DNA of 64,000 nucleotides from Prorocentrum cordatum. Its lineage: Eukaryota. Made by a program: the position numbers and the translations under genes. Positions 48,968 to 64,000 of this stretch are shown here, in pieces (position 1 is the stretch's first letter; each line of letters starts with the position of its first letter). The notes under the pieces are model-generated. The model worked only from the letters and a program-made list of their open reading frames with translations, was not told the origin of the DNA and ran no database searches. The stretch spans positions 62,001 to 126,000 of the forward strand of contig CAUYUJ010000126.1 of NCBI GenBank assembly GCA_963575745.1, in the 5' to 3' direction.

Positions 48968-50245
48968 CCGCAGCCACTTCTGTTCGCCACGGTGAGGGTG
49001 CCCCCCTTGATGTGATCACGAGCTCTCTCCCTGGGCGTGCCGTGCAGGTGGGAGCCCCGCTTTGAAACGGACCTGCCCTGCACCGCCCTCGCAATACGGT
49101 CGGGAGCGTCTGCACAGCGTGCGGTGATTCAAGCAGACCCCACCGCGTCGGGCCAAAATCGCGACGGGGGGGTTTTCGCGATTTTCAGGCTCTGGGGGCC
49201 CTCGCCGGGCCTTGGGCCGTCAAAGAACGACGCAGGATGAGACGCCGGTCCCGGGAAAACGGGTCGAGAACCTCTGCGGGGTCGACGTCGTGAAACATAT
49301 CATGATGTCGGGGGTCTCGTCTCCGTTTGGGCAGTACGGTCAGGAATCGAGCGTTTGCTCAGTGTGTCGGCTCTGGAGGAGCACGACGCGTCGGCGCAGC
49401 ACGCCACGCACGTCCCCTCGCAGGCGAATTTTCTCCCCCAATCCCCGACGTCCGCACTAAAGGTTTGGCCGCTCAGGACACGGGGGCACCCTGGAGTATA
49501 CCCCAAGGGAGCCAGTCGGACGCACCCCTATCGAGGATGGGCGCCACCTCATCCTATGTCCCAGGGCTCGGCCCCAAGTTTCTGGCCCTTTCGACAGCCC
49601 CACGAAGCCTGGGATGGGGGTCGACATATCCCTCGCTGTCCCCCGTCCCCGAGCGTAGATCATGCACGAGAGCGGGAAGAGAATCGCCTGGGATAGGGGT
49701 CGACATATCCCTCGCTGTCCCCCGTCCCCGAGCGTAGGTCATGCACGAGAGCGGGAAGAGAACCGCGCTTCGCGCGTCGCGGTCTGGGCCGGAGCGGCTG
49801 CCCTCCAACACACGGGTGGCCGCGCGGAGGCGCGAGGGCGCGAAGCGGATCGCGCGTGGGGCGTGTCGCGGGGCGCGGGGCGCGACGTCGGGTGACCCGT
49901 GGCAGCCAAGGAGGCCGAGAAGGCCGGGGCAGCCAAGGGGGGCCAGGGGGCGACCCGGCGGGGACACCGAGGTCGACTAGACGTAAGGGTGACCCTTCGC
50001 CAGGGCGACCGTTGGTGCGGGCTCGTCGGGGCCGCCCCGATCGCCGAGTGCGCTGCGATCGCAGCGTCTTGCGAGCTGATGTCAGCTCCCCCCCGCGGCG
50101 CCCCAGAAGCCGCGCCCCACAGGCCACTCTTACTCAAAGGCCGCTCTTGCGTGCAGCCTGCGGGAGCTCACACCTCGGGCGGGGCGAGGCTCCGGGCGAG
50201 CGGTGGCGAGCGAGCCCGGACCCCGCCCCCCCCCCCGCGGGCGAG

Positions 50246-50338
50246 GTGTGCCTCTTCGCGATGCAGCACCTCCGGGTGTGCCGCATTCAGCCCCGGCTGC
50301 TCTTCGTCCTCCGCGACCAGCACGACCGGTCCCACGAG
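50246..50338 (+). CDS. Host GTPase internal exon with G4-like motif
   Basis: GAG|VCLFAMQHLRVCRIQPRLLFVLRDQHDRSHE|GC; 93 bp, phase 0-0. LLFVLRD is the GB1/RHD3 RD motif. Confidence 0.85.
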
Positions 50339-50729
50339 GCGGCGGCCCGACGCCGCCCTCGCCTGCTGCCGCCGCCTGCCTCTGCGGCCTTCCGCTGCCG
50401 CGCCGTAGGAGGAGCAGAGGAGGAGGAGGAGGAGGAGGAGGAGGAGGAGGAGGAGGAGGAGGAGGAGGAGGAGGGGACACCTTGAAGGTGTCACTGGGAT
50501 GTCCAAGGAGGCGCCCAGACGGCCTCCAGAGGGCACCCCTCCGCGAGGCCCAGTGGCGGCTCCGGGAAGGGGGCGACGAGAGGGGGGCAGCACCTGGGGC
50601 CAGGGGCACCAGACAGCAGCCGCCGCCCCCCTCCGCCGCAAGGTGCAGGGACCCCCTCCTCCAGCGACGCGCAGCCCTCTCGCGGCATGGGCCCCCGGGG
50701 ATATGTCGATCGACCTCTCTTCCCATATA

Positions 50730-50990
50730 CCCAGATCACTGGATACCGATTTTTTCAGTCGCGATCGGTAGCGGCCGATTGGCACTCCAGATCGGTCGCG
50801 ACTGATCGCGACCGATCCCGCAATCGGTCGCGACAGGTCGCCACCGCTCGCGACCGATCGGTCGCGAGCGATCGGTCGCGACCGATTTTGAAGCAAAGCG
50901 GTCGCGACCGATATCAGAATTTGAAGCAAAGTCGGTAGCGACCGAGCTCGTCGGTCGCTACTGGAAAATTCCAGTATCAAATGATCAGGG
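50730..50990. mobile_element. MITE (inverted copy of 40453-40714) flanked by TA
   Basis: TA|CCCAGATCACTGGATAC...GTATCAAATGATCAGGG|TA. Confidence 0.87.
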
Positions 50991-51484
50991 TAGGGGGGCC
51001 AGCTTCCCATGCCGAGCCGTCGTGCTGACGGCCATCCGGGCGGTTTCTGGAGGCACAACCAGACCAGCCGCCTCGGCTTTTTCTGCGAGGCGCCGGGAGT
51101 CCTGGGCAGGTGGGGGAGGGCAGCCCTCAGTTGTTCCTGCAAGCCATGGTTCGTCCACCAATTCGCTACCAAGCCATGGTTCGTCTACCAATTTGCTTGC
51201 CGTCTCTAGTTGTGGCCCGCTTGGGCGTAAAACATATCCGCATCCGCGGCCTCGCGGGCCGGGAGACCCCGCGGACACGTGGCGCTTTTTTCGCGGATGC
51301 CCCTTCGCGGAACGTGCCTGTGCGACCGCGTATCCGCGGGATCGCGCCTTGGAATCCAGACCGCGCGGGCGTGGACATGGATGCGTTCGCCGCTCGTGCT
51401 CTGGGCCCCTTTCCCTGCCACGCCCGTTGTCGCCAGGGGATTTGAAACAAAAATGGTCGCCTAGCAGCCCCCCCCCGCGCCGAG

Positions 51485-51559
51485 GTGCACGGCGACGCGC
51501 TGCGGCTGATGCGGAGGCACCTCGCGGAGGCGTCTGGGCGCCTGTCGCTGCGTTTGGAG
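51485..51559 (+). CDS. Probable next host GTPase exon (alternative donor at 51529)
   Basis: GAG|VHGDALRLMRRHLAEASGRLSLRLE|GC; phase 0, GC3-rich codons. Confidence 0.62.
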
Positions 51560-51777
51560 GCGCGGCCGGCCGGGCGCGCCCGAGGAGGCCCTGGACCCAT
51601 GAGCTGTGGCTTTCGACGGTTGGAGATTTTTTTTGTTGCGCGTTTTGTTTTTGAGGAACCTCCGCCACAAAACAAATGATTCAGACACCCTCCACTGGCT
51701 TGTCTCTGGCCCTCCAGGCGGAGAGTGGCGGTGCAACTATACATCACCACTGAGAACCGACGGGCGACTCTCTACAC

Positions 51778-51971
51778 TCGGGCCAGACGAAAGGGGGGGA
51801 TAGGGAAAGGGGGGGGTACGAAATCTGCTGAATGCAGCTGGTTTCAGCCCCACCGAGTGGCCCATTCCTCGATACATGGCCGTCTCCGGCGCCGTGAGGC
51901 GCCAGGAAAATCAGCTACGTGAGCTGATTCTCACCCCCCCCTTTGCTATCCCCCCCTTCCGCCCAGCCCGA
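51778..51971. mobile_element. MITE with ~65 bp imperfect TIR and 5 bp TSD TACAC
   Basis: TCGGGC..AAGGGGGGGATAG..AAAGGGGGGGGT..CAGCTG.TTT is mirrored at the right end; TACAC at 51773-51777 and 51972-51976. Confidence 0.82.
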
Positions 51972-52274
51972 TACACCGCCACCCTCCCGGAAGTTACTCA
52001 TGCAGAGGTCGTCGGAGGGCGTCTGTGTGTATGCATATATATATATATACACACATATTCGTGGCGTAGAGCCGGCCATGCCGTAAGCACAGGCTCGCGG
52101 AGGTCCGCGCGGACCTCGTGGATCGGCACTGAGCCCCTGGCGCTGGGCCGGCTCCTCCGCGCTCTGCGCGATGACCTCCGACAGGTCAGGCGCGTGCAAT
52201 TTGGTGCTCCTCGGGTTTCGACGCACGGGCCCAGCGGACAACACCACGAGCAGACGTCTGCAGCGCCGGCCGCC

Positions 52275-52365
52275 CGGATTTCTTGGATCCGCGCTGGGGC
52301 CCCCCGGCGGCGCCTCTGGCGCCGCCTCTGGCGCGCTTCGCGTGCCGGGGAGGGGGGTCCAGCGC
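52275..52365 (+). repeat. Dispersed repeat, second copy at ~56087-56176
   Basis: GATTTCTTGGATCCGCGCTGGG..GGAGGGGGGTCCAGCGC is shared by both copies. Confidence 0.8.
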
Positions 52366-52997
52366 AAATCCAAGAAACCGCGCGGAGCGCCAACAGTTTA
52401 TGCTTATGGCGTTTTTTGGTCTTTCCTGAGATCACAAACCAACGTCTGGTGCGCCGGCCGCCAGCACTTCGCAGCAGTCGCACGCGCAGCCTGCTGCGGC
52501 GTCTGCAGGCTGAGGTCCCGCTGCGTTGCCCGCGGTGCCCCTGCAGCACTGCCACATGTCTCATCATCACGGGTGGGGTGTTGATGGGCCTGTTTTCCAC
52601 CACCACCACCACCATGCGTCGGAGGGGGAAATGAGGAGGAGGACAAGGAGGAGCACGAAGAGAGGGACGAGGAGGAGGAGGAGGAGGAGGAAGAGGAGGA
52701 GGAGGAGGAGGAGGAGGTGGAGGAGGAGGGGGAGGAAGAGGATGGAGGAAGAGGATGGATGGCGAGGAGGAGGAGGAGGACCCCCTCCCCCCTAACTTAT
52801 GGCGGTGGTGGTGGTGGAAGACAGGCCCATCAGGTGTGTTTTTTGCTGCCGTGTGTTCTGTTCTCTCCCCCCCCGACAGGTCGGGGTTCGAGGCAGAGGG
52901 CTCCCGACACGCTTCGCACACCCTGCGCACTGCTGCCGCCAGGCCCCACGTCCCGGCGCAGCCCGGAGTACCCCGGGCATGCGGGGCAACGGCAGGA

Positions 52998-53133
52998 TTC
53001 AGCCGGGCATGTCCCTCTGCAGGAGGAGCATCACAAAATATACAAAAAATTGTGTGAGGACGATTCTCCCGTCTATTTGTGGTAAAAACTTGTACTCCAA
53101 AATCCGCCTGTGGGGGTCATGCCCGACCTCTAA
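52998..53133. mobile_element. Degenerate copy of the hAT-like MITE (another half copy at ~18247-18300)
   Basis: AGCCGGGCATGTCCCTCTGCAGGAGGA...TCCGCCTGTGGGGGTCATGCCCGAC; flanks CGGCAGGA/CGGTAGGG match at 6 of 8 positions. Confidence 0.72.
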
Positions 53134-53499
53134 CGGTAGGGGGGGCCCCGTGATATGAGGGCGCTGCAAGTTTTCACCCCGGGCGTTTGCGCCCGGTTTC
53201 GGGCCCCCAGGACCCTCACATATCGATCCGGCTCGAGAGATACCGCAGAAAGATGGGGTCTGGGGCTCCAGTCGTGATGTCTTGCCATGTTGCGTTTTTG
53301 TGCAACGTCGGGTCTCGGGTCAGATCCAGGCGCTGCAGGGCTTGACTTGATTCCGATTGCTGCTCGGTCTTCCACTCGTGAACTCGTGTAGTTTCTCGGT
53401 CGTCGGCCAGTTGGGTGGCTGCCAGGGTGGGGTGGCGTTTAGTCGGCCAGCCTGAATACATCCATCCGACCCCCCTTCTCCCTGAAGGCGTACTTTGTT

Positions 53500-54500
53500 T
53501 TGCCCTCTTTAGATGTTTGTTTCCCCCCCTTCCCCCTCCCCTGCATCTATCCGATATCGTTAGAGCGTATGCTGTGTTATCGTTGTTGTTGTTACTGTTG
53601 CCGTTGTTGATGTTGTTGTTGCTGCTGCCGCTGTTGTGGTTGCTGCTGTTGCTGTTGTGTTGTTGCTGTTGTTGTTGTTGTTGTTGATGCTGTTGTTGTT
53701 GGTGGTGGTGTTGTTGTTTTTGTTTGTGTTGTTGTTGGTGGTGTTGTTATGTTTATTGTTTGTGTGTGTTGTTGTTGTTTTGCTATGTTTAGTCGTTTGT
53801 TCCCCCTACCCTTCTCCTCATCTATCCGAACTAGTTGAAGCGTGTGTTGTGCTGTTGTGTTGCTATCGATCGTCTTTTGTTCACCCCCTTCCCTTTCCCT
53901 GAGCGTATGTTGTGTTGTTGTGTTGCTTTAGTCGTTTGTGCTCCCCTTCCCTCCCCTGAAGCAATCCGAAATCTTCGGAGCGTATGTTGTGTCGTTGTGT
54001 CGCTTTCTTTAGTCGTTTGTTCCCCCCCCCTCCCCTCCCCTGCAGCTAGCCGAACACGTTGGAGCGTATGTTGTTTGTCGTGTTTCTTTCGTTCGTTGTT
54101 TGTTCCCCCTTGTCCTCCCCTGCATCTATCCGAAGTCTTTGGAGCGTATGATGTGTTGTCGTGTTATGTTTTTTAGTCGTTTGTTTATCTTCCCTTCCCC
54201 TCCCCTGCATATGTCCGAAATCTTTGGAACGCATGCTGTGTTGTTGTGCTGTGTTCTTTAGTTTTCTGTTTCCCTCCCCCCTTCCCTCTCCCCTGCATAT
54301 ATCCGAATTGTTTGGAGCGTATGTTGTGTTGTTGTGATTCTGTCTCCAGCATTTTGTTTCCCCACCCCCTTCCCCTACCCTGCATCGATCCGAACATTGG
54401 AGTGTATGACGTGTTGTTGTGTTGTTTTCTCCAGTCTTTTGAGAGCCCCCTCCCCTCCCCTGCATTTATCCGAAGTCTTTGGAGCGTATGTTGTATGATC
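53500..54500 (+). repeat. Degenerate ~80-95 bp minisatellite (CCCTGCATCTATCCGAA..TTGGAGCGTATGTTG) with a (GTT)n tract
   Basis: About nine recurring units. Confidence 0.88.
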
Positions 54501-56363
54501 GCTTTCTTGTGGCTTTTGTGCTTCCCCCTCCGTTCCCCCCCCCCCTCATGGGGCCACCGGCAGTGGGCTCCCCGTCGCCACTTGGCGGGGCTCTCGTCGG
54601 CAGAATCCTGGCCAGAGCGCACCCCGAGAGAGAGAGAGAGAGAGAGAGAAAGGGAGGAGGAGGAGAAGAAGGAGGAGGCGGAGGAGGAGGAGGAGGAGAA
54701 GGAGAATGAGGAGGAGGAGAAGGAGGAGGAGGAGGAGAAGAAGAAGGAGGAGGAGGAGGAGGAGGCGGAGGAGGAGGAGGAGGGGGAGGGGGAGGGGAGG
54801 AGGAGGAGGGAGAGGAGGAGGAGGAGGAGGAGGAGGAAGAGGAGGAGGAGGAGGAGGAGAAGAAAGAGGAGGAGGAGGAGGACGAGTAGGAGGAGGAGGA
54901 GGAGGAGGAGGAGGACGAGCCTGGGGGGAGCAGACCCAGACGTGCTCGCGTCGGGCCAAAAAATATTGCGAAGGCCTTACGGCCGGTGCCGCCGACCCTG
55001 AAGGGGAACGACGACGGCGGCGGCGGCGGTAGCGACGACGACGATGCTGACGTGGATTGAGTCCTCAAACGTGCTTCTTGGGGCGCTCTCAGGGGCCTCG
55101 GGGGGGATGTTTGGGGGCCTCTTGGGAGCCTCTTGGCGCCTCTTTGGGCTTCCTGGGGGCCTCTTGGGGTTTTCTCGGGGCTGAGGGCTCGAAATGTCCG
55201 TTCGGGTCCCCCGTCTGGACACTCTCTTGGAACCGTCTTGGGGGCTTCTTGTGCCGCCTTGGAGGCGTCTTGGGCCGTCTTGGGGCACTCTTGGGCCGTT
55301 TGGGGACTCTCTTGGAGGTCTCTTGGGCCGTCTCGGGGCGACCTTGGGGGCCTCTTGGGCCGTCTTGGCGCGTGGGGAAGCGGAAGAGGCGAGAACGCCG
55401 AAATTCTTGAAAAACGTATAGGAAATCCATGATTTTTGCCTCTTGGGGCTCTCGTGGGAACGGTCCTGGAGGCCTCTTGGGGCGTCTCGCAGGCCTCTTG
55501 GGCCGTCTGGAGGCCGTCAAGGCGTCTTGGACAGATCATTCGGCGATTCGGGGCCCTTTTGGATCGTCTTGGGGGCCTCTTGGGGCACTCTTGGCCCGTC
55601 TTGGGGCTTTTTTGGGCTCCGGGTTCCCCGGGGGGGCGGCGCAAAAACCCGGGACCCCCCCCGGGACCCACCCCGGGACCCCCCCCCCCCCCTGGCGGGG
55701 AAGGAATCAAAGGGAAGGGGCTTCCCTTCGACTCAATTACGACGTTGCTCAATTTCGCTGTGGACTGACACGCTTCAGGAGGAGGCCCTGGGAGAGGGGT
55801 AGAAGCAACGACGCTGTGGGGAAAGGGGAAGGAACGACGACGACGACGACGACGACGAAGAGGGAACAGACGGAGAAGCCTCTTCCACAGGCCGACAGGG
55901 TCGGCGGATTCCAGGCGCGAGGTCTTCCACCGCTTTCGGCCTCTATATGGGGGCCCTCACCAGGCCCCCAGGGCCGTCAAAAGGCGACTCGGGTCCTGGG
56001 GAAGTGGTTGAGAAGTCGGGGGACTGCGTATGTCGAAGAAGAAGAAGAAGAAACGCCGTAAACGGAAACTTTTGGCGCCCCGCGCAGATTTCTTGGATCC
56101 GCGCTGGGCCCCCCCGCCGGCGCCTCCGGCGCCGCCCCTGGCGCGCTCCGCGCGCCAGGGAGGGGGGTCCAGCGCGGACCGCGTATGGAAAACATCAGGA
56201 CGTCGCATGTCTGGGAAGGGCCCCCCCCCCCAGGGAAAGGGGGGGCCCGAGGTGTCGTCGCCGCTTTGTCGGCCTGTTGGGCGAGTGCGTCTGGTCGTCC
56301 GTGAGTCCGTCGGGGTGTGAGGCTGGTCCCCTCCAAGGCCAGCTATTCTTTTAGGTTTCCTAG

Positions 56364-56590
56364 ATGGGGTCGGAGTAGATGGAGCGGAGGATCGTTCTGC
56401 ATCGCCGATGCATCGGCGATGCATCGCCGATGCGGCTCGATGTGTGGCCCACTTTTCTCCACGCCGACGTCGCCGATGCGTCGCCGACGACGCCAGTATA
56501 TCGCTGATGCATCGCCGATGCATCGGCGACGCATCGCCGGTGTATCGACGATGCGGCGAGATCCTCCGACTCCATCTGCTCGGACCCCAT
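56364..56590. mobile_element. MITE with 21 bp TIR and internal GCATCG(C/G)CGATGC palindromes
   Basis: ATGGGGTCGGAGTAGATGGAG...CTCCATCTGCTCGGACCCCAT. Confidence 0.8.
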
Positions 56591-56993
56591 ATCGGTGGCT
56601 TCTAGTACTCTAACGGCAGGATGAATTTGTGCGAAGGGATCTCATATCTATCGGGCGGCTTGGGAAGTCCAGGCCGTTCACATTTTGACTGGAGCAGGCG
56701 TGGTCAGAGTATCGCGCCGCATGGCCGACGCATCAGCGGTGTGGTTTGATTCGATCTGTAGCGCGATCTGTGGCATCCCGACGTCTACGATGGTGGCCTC
56801 CAGGTTCAAGAAGGTAAGGTGGGAAGAGACGTAAGACCCGTAGCCAAGTTTGTAGCCGTCGTCGCAGTCGTTGTCGTCTTAGCACGTAGGCAGTAGGGAT
56901 CGGAGGACGTGAAGGTGGAGGAGTGGGTATCATGATCAGGGATTGAAGCGGCAGTAATTGTGTGGGTGGGGGTAGTAGCGTGTGAAATAGGAC

Positions 56994-64000
<7,007 letters not shown>

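Noticed and set aside
53216..53461. 81 aa minus-strand ORF with protein-like composition
   Set aside because: No recognisable motif; possibly a decayed TE fragment.

Overview
GC-rich, microsatellite-rich eukaryotic genomic DNA. The GC-AG and GA-AG introns, tiny exons and retroelement families suggest a dinoflagellate; this is an inference, not an identification. Most long ORFs in the track are simple-repeat or antisense artefacts. The window holds five groups of real features. (1) Three different tyrosine-recombinase (YR, DIRS-order) elements with split direct repeats: the 3' part of one on + (1-3454), a complete ~12.1 kb one on - (5380-17477, A1-ORFs-B1-A2-B2, with an att-like junction and GTG crossover core), and a 2.2 kb YR-only relic (20246-22405). 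(2) A full-length degenerate Ty1/Copia element (30128-35693) with TG..CA LTRs, a tRNA-iMet PBS and a TGTTT TSD. (3) Five short exons (38493-51559, +) of a host GB1/RHD3/VLIG-type large GTPase that the ORF track shows only in fragments. (4) Several MITE families. (5) A ~1.8/2.1 kb tandem duplication, minisatellites and a 7 kb (TAG)n tract. The most unusual signals are a predicted OTU-like cysteine protease and a signal-peptide/transmembrane N-terminus in the complete YR retrotransposon. All alignments were done by eye and no database search was run.
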